Below are positions 37,984-50,798 of a stretch of DNA of 54,086 nucleotides, one piece after another (positions within the stretch are counted from its first letter, which is position 1; the number at the start of each line of letters is the position of its first letter). A model generated the notes under the pieces. That model was not told the DNA's origin, ran no database searches, and saw only the letters and a list, made by a program, of their open reading frames with translations. The position numbers were made by a program, and so were the translations under genes. This DNA is from Chromera velia (taxonomy: Eukaryota): assembly GCA_018398765.1 (NCBI GenBank), contig JAHBMJ010000207.1, forward strand, positions 1 through 54,086, in the 5' to 3' direction.

Positions 37984-38399
37984 CTTCTATATAGCTCTTT
38001 AGTTGAGCATTTTGAGTGCGTGAAAAAACGTGTTCAGGTCATACAGCTTGGTGCCTCACTACGGTACACCAGAGCTGTGATTGCTTCGCTGCTTCGACCT
38101 TCTCCTGGCGAGTCACCGGCGAGAAAGGAAAAAACTGAGGGCTCATGCAATCGCATGGCAATTTGCATGCACCAAAAAAGATCCATGCGCATATATAGGT
38201 GTGCCCTCAAAAAATCTTCTTTCGGCCTTTCTGCTGACTTGTTGCGGCTTGTCAACGCGTTGTCCTAGCATCTAGAACACCATCCCACCTGGACAACTGC
38301 CAAAGAATACAGAGAGGGATTTCAATCTTCCATGTATTAATTGGAGCGCTCGATGCGTGCAAAGGTCTGTTCGCTTAATTGTGCTGTTAATTGAAATTT

Positions 38400-38745
38400 T
38401 GTCATGCAGACATGCAAGCGTTGCGTGATAGCGCGCGCACTCGAGCGCGCGGACCCATGCATGCATGCAAGAGACGTCTCGCGGCCGATGCAGGACGAAA
38501 AAAACATGCATTCATTCCCTTAATTAAATTTCTATCGATTCAAGTCGAATGTCGTTGAATGACGATGCCTGCCCTTTGCAGTAACCATACCAACACAAAC
38601 TCCCTTGTGGATTGGAGCGTGTTTAATTGCTTGCATTCGGAATCGGGTTCCCGTGTCTCCAAAGGTACACAAAAAACCTCCGCGCAGTAATCAGGATTAC
38701 GCGACCGCATGCATGCATCGAAGGCATCAAATCGCTGCATGACTG
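38400..38745. promoter_or_regulatory. Bidirectional promoter region with clustered (T)GCATGC(A) motifs
   Basis: Lies between divergent gene starts. GCATG/CATGC clusters at ~38403-38416, 38457-38469, 38506 and 38707-38741. TGCATGCA is a known ApiAP2-bound motif in apicomplexans, but the motif is common across the whole window. Confidence 0.35.
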
Positions 38746-38826
38746 CCCTGTTTGAAACGAGGGACTGTTTGACTAACAGAAACAGCCCAGAGAAGCCCTC
38801 ACCCCTGTCACACAGGAAAACTGACG

Positions 38827-39847
38827 ATGCAGAGCGAAAGCCCCTTCGAGAGCATGGACAGAGCCATGACCGAGATGATGGCTCGTCACTCCACACTGAT
38901 GGAAAGTTTCGGAAATCCCCTGTCGACTTCGCCCCTCCAGATGATGACTGCACTCCCGGGACGCCTCGGGGGCTCTTCTCTGCCCCGAACAGACCCTAGA
39001 GGAGTGAGAGAGAGAGACTCGACGCACGCACAGGCAAGACCGTCTTTGGGTATGGCGGCTTTTCCCTTCACATCGGATCTCATGTCTCTCTCGGGGGGTG
39101 GCTTTGGAAGCATGCAGGGAGGGGGGAGGGAGAGGGAGAGGCGCACGAGCATAGACGATTTAATGAGATCTTTTGGAGACCCCACTGCGACGTTCTCGGG
39201 TCTTTTTGACGGAGGGTCCACGGGAGGAAGGGGACAGAAGGATGCGATTGGGAAGCTCCCTGTGGGACCTTCTGGGCAGTACTCGTGCTCAATGATGAGC
39301 ATGGCGTCCTGCGTCGGTCCGGATGGAAAACCAAAGGTGCGTTCAGAGTCACATTCAGCCAGAAGAGATATAGACGGTCAAGTTTACGGACATACGAACA
39401 CGCAGATGGAGCAGTAGGTCTTTTTCTCCTCAGTCTGCCTGCCTGTTGCATGACAGTGCATGCATGCATGTCAGGAAGGAAGGAAGAGGTCGTTAGGTGT
39501 GTGTTTGGTGAGCCTCAGGTAAGTGCTGTCAGTCCGCGTGGCTGCAGTGGGCATTCCGAAGCTTTTCTGCCTGTCTCAAGCCTCCATCGGCAGAAAGGCT
39601 GTTAGTGGGGGGGGGGAAAGAAAGCAGAGCAAAACAACCAGATGTAGATTTCTTGTGTTCAACCCTCACTAAGTCTTCTGCTTCGGGGCTGCTTTCTTGC
39701 TTCATTTGTACCTGGCTGGTTTGCTGGCAGGTCTATCTGTCAACAACCTCATAAAGAGGCCATGCAGACAATTGGCGTGCTGGCATTCTTTTTCAAAAAT
39801 ACGATTTACGGGAATCCACTATTTTTTTCTGATTCGTTTAGATAGAG

Positions 39848-39942
<95 letters not shown>

Positions 39943-41323
39943 TGAGTGAGTGAGTGCGAGTCAGTGAGTATGTGTGTGTGTGCTGATGCAGGTAGAAAAG
40001 TTCGCTCAGTCGTCTGTGGGGAATCTGCAGCAGAGGGCCTACGAGACCCAGCAGGCCTACACGAACACGGGGACGGGAGTGGACAGGATGGCTCTGGAGA
40101 GGGGAGTGGGGGAACGAGCACGGAAGGTGATCAGGGAACGCAACAGGAACACGGGAGACGTCAGTCAATTAAGTCAAATCGACGGTAGTGTGTGTGAGGA
40201 TCTGTGAATTTGCATATGTGTATGGGAACTGGATATACATAGTGCGTGAGAGAGTCTGTTTGTTAATGTATAACGTGGCATCGTTCCACTGCGATACTGC
40301 ATACCATCTCAGCAGCTCGATCGAGTTTGCTTCCCCACCCGCAAGATCATCCTAGGGGCTCTTCGCGGCATTGTCATTCTATCTTCTCTATCCCAAAATA
40401 TCTGCATTCTGTTAAGGCGACTCTCTATTGTTTGTGTCTGTGTGCTGAAAATTAGAAGCTTGATTTTTCTCTCGTCGCATCCGTGTATATTGCCTGGTCT
40501 GGCTGATAAGTTCTGGCTGTGGAAGCATCGACATGTACGTGAAGCAAGGCAGAACGAAACCCTCGACCCCGGGGAAAGAAAAGGAAGAACAGTCATGCAG
40601 TCTGGTCTCCAAAGAATTTCTGTCGTTCCCTCGGGCGTCAAGCTGTCATTGCCTTCACGCACCTAGTGTCCGCCCTGCTGATTTGTATTCCTGCATTAAT
40701 ATGCATGCAGAAGAACGAATGGGTACTAATACAATCGCACATGCATGAATCAGCTGGACTCTCCATGATTCTTCACACACATACACATGAATGAAATGCA
40801 GGAGAAAGAACACCGCCTGTTCAAAGGCTTGGACGAGACTGCTGCTGCGGATTTCGATTCAAAATTTTCGACCATCAGAGGGACCCTCCCGAGACACACT
40901 CTCCAAGACGCTGCGGGGCTGCCATCCGGAGGTTCGCTTTCCCACTCTATCAGAAGGCCAAGTTTGAACGACTATGGTCACTCTCAGGTGTCCCAATCTC
41001 GTCGTCCCTCCCTCCCCCCCTCTGTACAGCAGTCAGGCAGACAGACCCCAAATCACGCTCCTCACCCTTTCCAGAACAGTCACAGGAATCCCCCCTTGGG
41101 CTCCGGGGGGTTCGGGGAGAACAGTAGGAAGACGCCGCAAGGAATCGGCAGTCCATCACTTCCCTCCCACCACTTGCAGCAGCAGCAGAGTTACCCACGC
41201 GGAGGGTCTCGTACTCCTGCTGGTTCTGTGGGTGCCGGTCGATTTGTGGGTGGCCGAGGGGGGGGAGGAGGAGACACGCAGGCAGTTCTCAAAGGAGCAC
41301 TCCAGGGGGAAGGACGTCGCTGA
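38827..41323 (+). CDS. MLF: Myeloid leukemia factor (Mlf1IP family) homolog; exons 38827-39336, 39992-40159, 40802-41323
   Basis: Spliced product 'YSCSMMSMASCVGPDGKPK|VEKFAQSSVG...YETQQAYTNTGTGVDRMALERGVGERARKVIRERNRNTGD|EKEHRLFKGLDETAAADFDSKF' matches the MLF core. Both introns are phase-0 GT-AG. Start codon uncertain. Confidence 0.85.
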
Positions 41324-41837
41324 AGATCAAAAAGTAGGTGCAGTCAAATTGCGTTCTTCAAATCAACAGCAGCGGATGCAAAGTCAACTTCTCAAATCAA
41401 TCGCCGGGGACAGTGCAGGGTTATTCATCAGTCAAATCAATGGCATCTGTTCATTCCAAGTTTCGGTTTAGCCCCTCAGGCTGGGGTAGAAAAACGATGG
41501 AGCTCTTTTTTCGGGCCCTACGTCCAGCAGATCCATATCTAGATCCATATACACTAGCAAAGGGTTGTTGCAATCAGTGTTCGAATTCGGATCAATCGTC
41601 GCATCGTGCCGTACTACAGTAACAGCATAGTAGCATATTAAATAACTTTGAATTATTTGAACGTTTTATTAAAGTGTTTACCAGACTTTTGAAAAGAACT
41701 AAGCTGCTTCATTTTTTGTAAAAGAATACATACATTGTAGGATTGTAAAAAGTTTTAAAACTTAAAAGTTTATTAGATTTATAATTGTTAGTAACTGTTT
41801 TCAAGGTCTTCAAGCCTAGTTTTAAGCTCTTAAAATT

Positions 41838-42030
41838 TATAACTGTGATTGATATGTATAGAAATGACAGAAATGTATAGAAATGTGTTAAGAATTTTAT
41901 AGATTATAGAAATTAAAATGAAATTATAACATAATTCCTATGATCAGATTCCTATAACATTTCTATCATATTTCTATCGATTTTTGGTGGATTTCTATGA
42001 CATTTCTATGAGATTTCTATGATAGTTATA
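41838..42030. mobile_element. Degenerate small foldback element
   Basis: Begins TATAACTGT and ends ATAGTTATA. The left arm has ATAGAAATG repeats and the right arm has CATTTCTAT repeats. Confidence 0.5.
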
Positions 42031-42343
42031 ACGTTTTGGAGGGTAATGTTGCCTCCCAGGGCGGGCATCGCGCCGCGCCCTCGAGGCGCGGCCGCCCGCC
42101 GGACGTACGTGAACCCCGCGCCTGCCCGCATCCGCCGCGGACGAAGGCGCGGCAGGCCGTCTACACCTGCATGCAGGTCTACACGATTCACGCACGCAAA
42201 TTAAGCCTGCCATAGGTTATCACCCGGCAGGACTGACACGATTTATACAGACTGTCAATTCTCTGTCAGTTTGTCTCCGCGCACTGATCCATTCACAGCC
42301 AGTCGAAGTGCTTGATCCAAAGAACTGTTTCCCATCGTTCAGC

Positions 42344-43165
42344 ATGTTCCGAACAGTATTTTGTGTTGCCGTCTCCGTCGGTGCACCTGGTGTCCTGGGC
42401 TCTGAGGTCTTTTCCGACCCCGCACTGTTCGAGCGTCTCTCCCACTTCAAGGACGTCGGTGTGCCTGACACAAAGGAGGACCCTGTAAATAAGGCAATGA
42501 TTGCAGACGGCACCTGCAGGTTGCTGGACGTAGCCAAAGGAGACGAGACGGCATTTTCCTTCTGGTACAGCCCGGAGTCCACCAAAGAGGTGATTGATGC
42601 CCTGGCTGCGCTGCCTAGTACAGAGAAGCCCAGCAACTTCACGCTCTCTGCAAAGAAATCCCTTGCTCCCGTCTGCAAGCGCACCCAGAAGCAGGAGGTG
42701 GCAGAGAAGGATTATTCGTGCCGAAAGGGTTATGACTTTCGTGTGATCAAGGAGTCCATGTTCAACTGGCACCGGGCCGTGTGTGCGGGGCCCTCGGAGT
42801 CCTCCTGGAAAGGCGAATTCGATCCCGCATACCAACCTCAGCAGATAGCCATGGGTGCGGGCTTCCTGTGCATCGTCGCGTGTGACTGCGGAGGTTGGGA
42901 CTTTCCAGTCTCCTCTCTTCAGTCCTTTGCCGCCAGTTTGGCTTCTGCAGAGGAGACCAAGACCAAGATCTGCGACGAGCTGCCTTGGGGCCTTGTGGAC
43001 TTCTCTGCCGTCTCCTCACCAGACACCCTGGCAGCGGTTGCGTTTCCAATTCTGCACATGTGTGGGTGCGGACGGTGCGCTGACTGTGGGGATGAGAACA
43101 GAGGAAGAGTAGAAGGGAGGCCTGGGCTGAGGGGGGGGATGAGAGAGGAGGCTCTTATTTCATAG
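42344..43165 (+). CDS. Single-exon, probably secreted Cys-rich protein of unknown function (273 aa)
   Basis: ATG 42344 gives a signal-peptide-like 'MFRTVFCVAVSVGAPGVLG'. GC3-rich codons, about 12 Cys. No recognised family. Confidence 0.7.
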   Translation: MFRTVFCVAVSVGAPGVLGSEVFSDPALFERLSHFKDVGVPDTKEDPVNKAMIADGTCRLLDVAKGDETAFSFWYSPESTKEVIDALAALPSTEKPSNFTLSAKKSLAPVCKRTQKQEVAEKDYSCRKGYDFRVIKESMFNWHRAVCAGPSESSWKGEFDPAYQPQQIAMGAGFLCIVACDCGGWDFPVSSLQSFAASLASAEETKTKICDELPWGLVDFSAVSSPDTLAAVAFPILHMCGCGRCADCGDENRGRVEGRPGLRGGMREEALIS

Positions 43166-43787
43166 ATGCGCGTGCAAGAGCTTATTGGGAAGCAGTTTTT
43201 TTGTGCGCAGTTTTTTCCTTTCTCTGCTTTTTCTTGTACCATAAGAAATGAGGATCTGCCTGTCCTTTATTCCTCGCATGTCCGGTCTTTGCTTTTGCCA
43301 TCGGATGCAGAAATTTGAAGAGCAATGGCGCGCTCAGAGTCTTTGAGCTGCCACTCAGCTGCACAGTAGCGAAATGTTTAAGACTGTGTGTGTGCAGACG
43401 AAAGTCGCAAAACGGTAGTGCATGAAGTCCACTCATGCAGTACTATTCCACCGAGAGCCTGGCTGTATGAGTACTTGGGTAGGTTGGGGACTGCAGGGGG
43501 CAGCGGCCCGCTCTTCCAGATTGAATGATTTCTTGTCCGGTCCTATGGTGTTGCGTGGTCACGTTTTGGAATCCCGCACCATGCTGGCATACCCCCCTCC
43601 ATTTTGGACTCTTGGACCCGTCGCAAACTTCCACAAAACCGTAACCATGTTTTTTGGCCATCACAACTGGCAAAGGTGCTCGGCAATTTCGCGCGCGCGC
43701 TCTCTCTCTCCCTCCCTCCCTCCCCCCTCTCTCTCTTCTTCTCTCTCCTTCTCTCTGTTTCTCTGTCTGTCTGCCTGTCTGTCTGTT

Positions 43788-43832
<45 letters not shown>

Positions 43833-43873
43833 ATCTCTCTCCGTTTCTCTGTCTCTGTCTCTGTCTCTGTCTG

Positions 43874-43926
<53 letters not shown>

Positions 43927-44128
43927 CTCTCTCTCTTTTATTCTCTCGCTCTCTGTTTCTCTCTCTCTCTGTCTCTCTCTCCCCGCCTGTCTCTTTCTTT
44001 TTTTTTTTCTTTCTTTCTTTCTTTCTTTCTTCCTTCCTTCCTAGTCTTTCTTCTGTTTTTCTGTGTTTCTCTTTCTCCTTGTTTTTCTGCGTTGGCCTCT
44101 CTCTGCGTTTTTCTTTTTCTTTCCTTCT

Positions 44129-44163
<35 letters not shown>

Positions 44164-45280
44164 NNNNNNNNNNNNNNNNNNNNCCCCCCCTCTCTCTCAC
44201 TTTCTCTCTCGAGCTCTCAGTTTGTTTGCGTTTGTTTGTTTGTTTGTTTGTTTGTTTGTGTATATGTGTGTATATGTGTGTGTATATATGTGTGTGTGTG
44301 TGTGTGTGTGTATGTAGTCTATGTGTAGGTGTGTGTGTAAGTGTAAGTATATCATTGTGTGTGACAGTGTGTCTGCTTTTCTCCCTTTTTTCTCCCTCTC
44401 CCCTGTATCATTATTTCTTTGTCTCCTCCTACGTAATGCGACGAAACTAGATGTAATCAGACGGTAATCTTTCAAGTTAAGTTGTGTCTGAGTTTCTGCT
44501 AAAGTTCCTATCCTATCCTAACAGTATAATTTGAATCACGTACAAGTTGTATACATAATTTGGGTTTAATAAGAATGTTTTTAGGAATGTTCAATTCAAA
44601 ACTTACACACTGGTCCGCCGTAATAATTTCTCACAGGTTTGCGAACGATTTCTATATATCTTTGTAGGGATGTTTCTAGGGATGTTCAAGCTTAGATTTT
44701 ATCAAATTAAGTGCAAGTCTAAGTAACATGAGTCAAATTTTCAAAGCTTAATGATTGTAGGCTAGTGGGCGTAGCTTTGCCAAGTGTTTGCTTCATATCA
44801 TGATTTCTTATTTAATCTTTATTTAACATAACAGTTTGTAAGTTAGCAAGTCAATTGAAGGACTTTTTTACTTCTCTCAATATTCATAAGTGGGGAGTGA
44901 CCGGGATGATCCCTTTCCGAGACCCTTGATCTTCTTCCTGCATACAGGTGACGTCACAATCGACAGAAAGGCAAGGGAGAGAAGAGGGGCCGGAGTCAAC
45001 AATGGAAAAACGGACGGCACCATGGCGAGAGAAGCTACATCGACCGGTCCGATTGACCACCTTTCAGATTCAACGATGTTGTCCTCCCTGGTTTATCGCA
45101 GAACTTAATCCCGTGCGATTGAGCATTTGTGCTGATGCTAGAATGAGGCTCCGTTCATGTGTATTATCATGATGTCAGCCAGAAGGAGAAGCCATTGAAA
45201 GCATCAGAAATCAGTATCTCAATTCAGGAGTCGCTGTCTGACAAACCGAGTGAGAAGTCCATGGGCGTATCCGACTGACC

Positions 45281-46404
45281 ACCGTGACATCTTGCAGGCA
45301 CTTGATGTTCTGTCTAGCATTGTGCTTCACCGATTCCAGTTCCCTCTCTGCTTTCTTTCCGGCTCTTTTTGCTACGTGCAGATCCATTTGAAGGGACTCC
45401 AGATGCTTTTGGATGCTCGACTTCTCCTGTGTGTGAATGCGTGCTTCCTCTTCTGCCTTTTCCCTCAGTAGCCTCTCCTCTTGTTCGAGTTCTTCCATTC
45501 TAAGGTCAAGCCTGCCTACTTGCTCTTCGAGCATCTGCAAAGAGAGTAGACGCATGAGAACGAAGTCGGACAACACTAATGAACCGGAGACCCAAGCATC
45601 CATAGGGAACATACTGCCTTGACCCATTGCGGTGTTCGCAGTTTGTCCTCGAATCTGACGTTTCTCTTCGTTTTTTCATGGCCTTTCAGAACAACAGGTT
45701 TTTCGGACGGACAGTAAGAGAAAAAGACATTCGGAGGTGAGGACAGACAGACAGACAAACCATATGTTTCTTCTTCAGACAGACTATATGGTGTCTTCTT
45801 TTCCCGCTTTAGACAGACAGGCAGACAGGCAGACAAACAGACAGATAGACAGAAAGACAGACAGACAGACTATATGGTTTTTTTCCCCTTCTCTTCTTCG
45901 TGAACACAGACAGACAGACTATATGCTTCTTTTTCTCCCTCTTTTTCTATGACTGACAGAGAGACAGACAGACAGACAGATAGACAGACTATATGTTTCT
46001 TCTTCTCCCTTCTTTTCTTCATGAGACAGATAGACAGACAGACAGACTGACAGACAGAGAGACAGACAAACAGACAGACAGACACTCAGACAGTGAGACA
46101 ATATCGTCTTTTCTTTCCCTTTTTCTCTTACTAGAAAGACAGACTATATGTTTCTGACAGACAGACAGACAGACAGACAGACTATATCGTCTTTTTTTTC
46201 CCAGACAGACAGACAGACAGACAGAAGGACAGATAGACAGACAGACAGACAGAAGGACAGATAGACAGACAGACAGACAGATAGACAGACCATATCGTCT
46301 TTTCTTTCCCTTTTTCTCTTACTAGACAGACAGACTATATGTTTCTGACTGACAGACAGACAGACAGACAGACAGACTATATCGTCTTTTCTTTCCCTTT
46401 TTCT

Positions 46405-46438
<34 letters not shown>

Positions 46439-46483
46439 TAGACTATATGGTTTCTTCTTTTTCTTCTTCTTTTTATGACAGAC

Positions 46484-46518
<35 letters not shown>

Positions 46519-46623
46519 TAGGCAGACAAACAGACAGACAGAGAGACAGACAATCAGACAGTGAGACAATATCGTCTTTTCTTTCCCTTTTTCTCTCACT
46601 AGACAGACAGACTATATGTTTCT

Positions 46624-46670
<47 letters not shown>

Positions 46671-46697
46671 TATATCGTCTTTTCTTTCCCTTTTTCT

Positions 46698-46728
<31 letters not shown>

Positions 46729-46960
46729 TATATGGTTTCTTCTTTTCCTTCTTCTTTTTATGACAGACAGAGAGACAGACAGACAGACAGAGAGGCAGAC
46801 AGACAGACTATATGTTTCTTCTTCTCCCTTCTTTTCTTCATGAACACAATAGACAAAAAGAAAGAAAGAAAGGAAGAAAGCAACAAAGACAAAGGAACAT
46901 CACGACAACTCAGACAAAGTGGGCAGGTGGCCCGACAGACAGACAGACAAACAGAGAGAC

Positions 46961-46992
<32 letters not shown>

Positions 46993-47164
46993 TATATCGT
47001 CTTTTCCTTCCCTTTTTCTCTTACTAAACAGGCAGACTATATGTTTCTGACAGACTGATAGACAGACAGACAGACTATATGTTTCTTCTTCTCCCTTCTT
47101 TTCTTCATGAACACAACAGACAAAAAGAAAGAAAGAACAAAGACAAAAGAACAGCACCAACAAT

Positions 47165-47195
<31 letters not shown>

Positions 47196-47278
47196 GCAGA
47201 CAGACTATATGTTTCTTCTTCTTCTCCCTCCTTTTTTTCATGAACAGACAGACTATATGTTTCTTCTTCTCCCTTCTT

Positions 47279-47314
<36 letters not shown>

Positions 47315-48438
47315 TATCGTCTTTTCTTTTCCCTTTTATCTTTCTTCGTTCTCTTCTGCCAGACAGAGAGGCAGACAGACAGATGGGTGCAGACTGAGAG
47401 CTACAAACAGGCGGAGGACGATCGACGCATGCAGGAAAAATCCAAAAGGTGCAGAGGCACAAACACATGCAGCTGGAGAAAAGCCACGCAGCCGGAAAGA
47501 CAAAGAACCCGTTAACTGGTAGAACGCACGGCTCGGATGACCATAACTGTCAGCAAGAAGACTGACCAGAAGCGTCTCCTTCTCCAATAGCTGCATCTTC
47601 TTCTGGGTATCCTTTCTCTCATTCTCTGCAGCGGAGACGGCGGCGCGCAGCGCTGAGAACTGGCCCCGAATCACCGTTCTCTCTTCTCTTCTCTCCGCCT
47701 CCAAACGCACAAGCAGGTCCTTCACCTCCTTCTCCCCTTGCATAGACTCTTCTTGCTTTGTGCGCCAGAAGTCCAGGTCGCTCTCCAGCTGGTTCTTCTA
47801 AACGAGAAGATCCTGCGCGCATTCAAAGAGCACAATGAAGAAAGAGAACCGTTTGGCCGGGGAGGCCGATAGACCGGCATCAACAAATCACCGTTCAGCC
47901 AGGGCATTATACTGAATTTCAAAAGGCAAATGAAGAATGTAAGGGCAGTGACAGATTGAGACAGAAGAGACATGCGAAAAGAAGTGAAGCTAGAGCTTGC
48001 AAGAACACGCATAGACGTGCAGACAGAAAGAAGTTCAAAACTGAAGATAGAGGGTTGGAGGCGAAAGGACAAAGGGGTGCAGGCGCGCGCCAGGTGGGAG
48101 AGAAGTCTTAGAGGAGGGGCTGGAAGAGGGAACAATGGCGGACAGACTGTATGATTCATCTTCTGTTCTTCTCTTCATGAATGCGGCAGAAAAAGAAAAA
48201 AGAAAGAAAGAAAGACAAAAGAGCATCACAGCAATTCAGACAACGTGCGCAGGAAGGAAGCCTCTTGCGTCTCTTGCGTCTACACCTCCCGACACGACTT
48301 CATGAGTTCATTGTTTCCTCGCTACTTGCTGCTGCCAGGCAGACTCTACGTTTCTTCTTCTACCAGACAGGCAGACAAACAGACAGACTCTATCGTCAGA
48401 CAGACTATATGGTTTCTTCTTTTCCTTCTTCTTTTCAT

Positions 48439-48480
<42 letters not shown>

Positions 48481-50798
48481 TAGACAGACGGACTATATGT
48501 TTCTTCTTCTCCCTTCTTTTTCGGCAGACAGACTATATTGTTTCTTCTTTAAATTTCCCTCTTCTCTGCATGGCAGACAGACAAGCAAACGGACAGACGG
48601 ACAGGCAGACAGACAGAGAGACTATATCGTCTTTTCTTTCCCTTTTTCTCCACAGACAGACAGACAGATGACAGAAAGACAGACAGACAGACAGACAGAC
48701 AGACAATGTGTTTCTGACAGACAGACACACACACAGACAAACTGTATCGTCTTTTCTTCCCCTTTCCTCAGACAGACAGATCGACAGACTATGTGTTTTG
48801 TTTTCTTCTTTCTTTTTTCATGTACATACAGACAGAAAGAAAGAAAGAAAGAACAAGGACAAAAGAACAGAACCAACAATCAGACCGCGTGGACAGGGGG
48901 CCCGAAAGGTGAGAGTTAAGCGTCCCTTGCCTGTCCACCTCCCGACAGACTTTCACGTGATCACTGGGTTCACACGGTAATCCTCTGCCGCTTCCACTGA
49001 AGACAAGAGAGAAAAAAAGACAAGAAAAACCAACCAAGAAAAAAGACAGACAGACAGACAGACAGACAAAGAGACTGACAGATAGATCGATAAACCGACA
49101 GGCAGTCAGGCAAGCAGGCAGGAAGGCAGGCCAGAATGCAGGAAAGGAGTTAGACAGGCAGACAGACTGTATGTTTCTTCTTCTTTCTTCTCTTTTTCAT
49201 GTATATAAGAGACAGGCAGACAGACAGGAAAGCAGGAAGGCAGACAGGCAGGAAAACAGGAAGGCAGGCAGGTACAACAAGGCAGACAGACAAATAGAGC
49301 CAGGGGGAAAAAGTGAAATCAATCAGCCAGAGAGACAATGATCGATCGACTGGTGCATGTATCCACAGGTTGAGTCCTCGAGGGAGCGCTGATGAAAAAG
49401 AAACTGGAATCATTCAGAGAGAATTCTGAATTTAACGCAAGCTAGCCGACCTGCAAGGTCTCCTGTGTGTTTTTCAGCTCCTCCCTGGCGTCCATCGTCT
49501 CTTGGTTTGCGTTGTCCAGCTCCGCCGTTTTTTTGTTCAGCTTCTGCATGCAGAAAAGAGCAGATCAATCCTTTCAATGAAATAGGATAAACGCTAAAAT
49601 TACACCTCAAATCGAATTTCTTTAGGACAGTCCGGGCGACGCGAACGAAAACTGAAAGAATTGGTGCAAGCGTGAAAGGGACTTGATCAGTCCATGTAGG
49701 GATTGCAGTACCTCGTTCACTTATCCACTTCATTCAAATATGCATGTGTGCCTGCGAAACGGTCTTTGCGTCTTTGTTCTGGCATTCTCCGTTCCCTCCG
49801 TAGCAGAGCTTTCAGACGGAGATTTTCGGCAGTTATGCGCTGCATTTGAACCAACATATACATGTACAAGAACCTGTGTAGCCAGTTACATTTGTGAAGT
49901 CGGGAACACAAACAAGCAGACGGATATTGTAACAAGGCAGGACGCATCGATATCCAGGTCCCGTAACATGAAGGATTGGAAGTGGACCAGACTGTTTTGA
50001 AAAGCTCTTTCTTTGCAATCAGAGAGGTATTACGCTTATCGGAGGAGAAAACGGTCTGAATGAAAAGATCTCGCAGATGAGGCGAGATTGAGGCCCTGGG
50101 GAGGTAAAGGGGAGCAAATTTTTCTCTGAAGTCGTCTGAGTAGTCATGAGGTCTGGTGCAGACTGATGGACGGTAAGGAAGGAACAAGCATGGGCAGCAC
50201 GGAAGCCCCTCACCTGTTTGTGCCTTTCGTCTCGTAGTACCTCCAGAAGAAGGTCTTCCATTTCTCTTTCACTTGCAAGGGCCTGTCGCGTCAGATCTTC
50301 GAGTGATTTGGCCTGCAGGCATGAAGAAGAAGGAGGAAAACTGAGTCAGATGCTGGCCACATCCGCAGTGAAGCTGCAAGTATGTCCGATCTAACAAGAC
50401 GCGCGAACCACATCAGAGAGCTTCTAAGGATGAGCACGTTTAGGAGCGTGATGTCTTCTAAGTGCAAGCAACATGTGGATATCAACTTTTGCACATGCAA
50501 CAGACTACTTCACAGGTGACTAAAGCAAGCCTGCATGCACACGTGGACACATTGAATTGTCAGCCTGGGAGGTTAAAAAGGCTGTCTGTTCCATCTTTCA
50601 TTCAAAGTGGCTGTCTGTCCGTAGCGTAACTCATGAGGAACTCACCGTTGCCTTCAACTGTTGCACAGTATCCCTACAAACAGGAGAGTGCCCCGCCAGC
50701 AAGGTGCCCCGTTTGTTGTGGGGAGGGGAGGTGGAGGTGTGGGGGGGTGTCTGTGGTGTGTGCTGCCGCGGCACCGGATAGCGGCGACCTGGATGCAT
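45281..50798 (-). CDS. Multi-exon coiled-coil protein; internal exons and 3' end only partly resolved
   Basis: Phase-0 exons: 50798-50646 (MHPGRRYP...VQQLKAT), 50312-50214 (AKSLEDLTRQ...ERHKQ), ~49544-49452 (KLNKKTAELDNANQE...TLQ), ~47797-47567 (KNQLESDLDFW...KETLL), ~45535-45281 (MLEEQVGRLDLRMEELE...DVTV). The final exon probably lies near 44890-45100. Confidence 0.65.
45735..49300. repeat. Complex intronic repeat: (ACAG)n interspersed with GACTATATGTTTCTTCTTCTCCC and ACTATATCGTCTTTTCTTTCCCTTTT modules
   Basis: Many copies of two related CTATAT-headed modules separated by CAGA tracts. A homologous copy lies at 37473-37565. Confidence 0.85.

Noticed and set aside
43422..44475. 342-aa hydrophobic ORF and overlapping ORFs
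   Set aside because: Made of (CT)n, (GT)n and (CTTT)n microsatellites spanning an N gap at 44164-44183.
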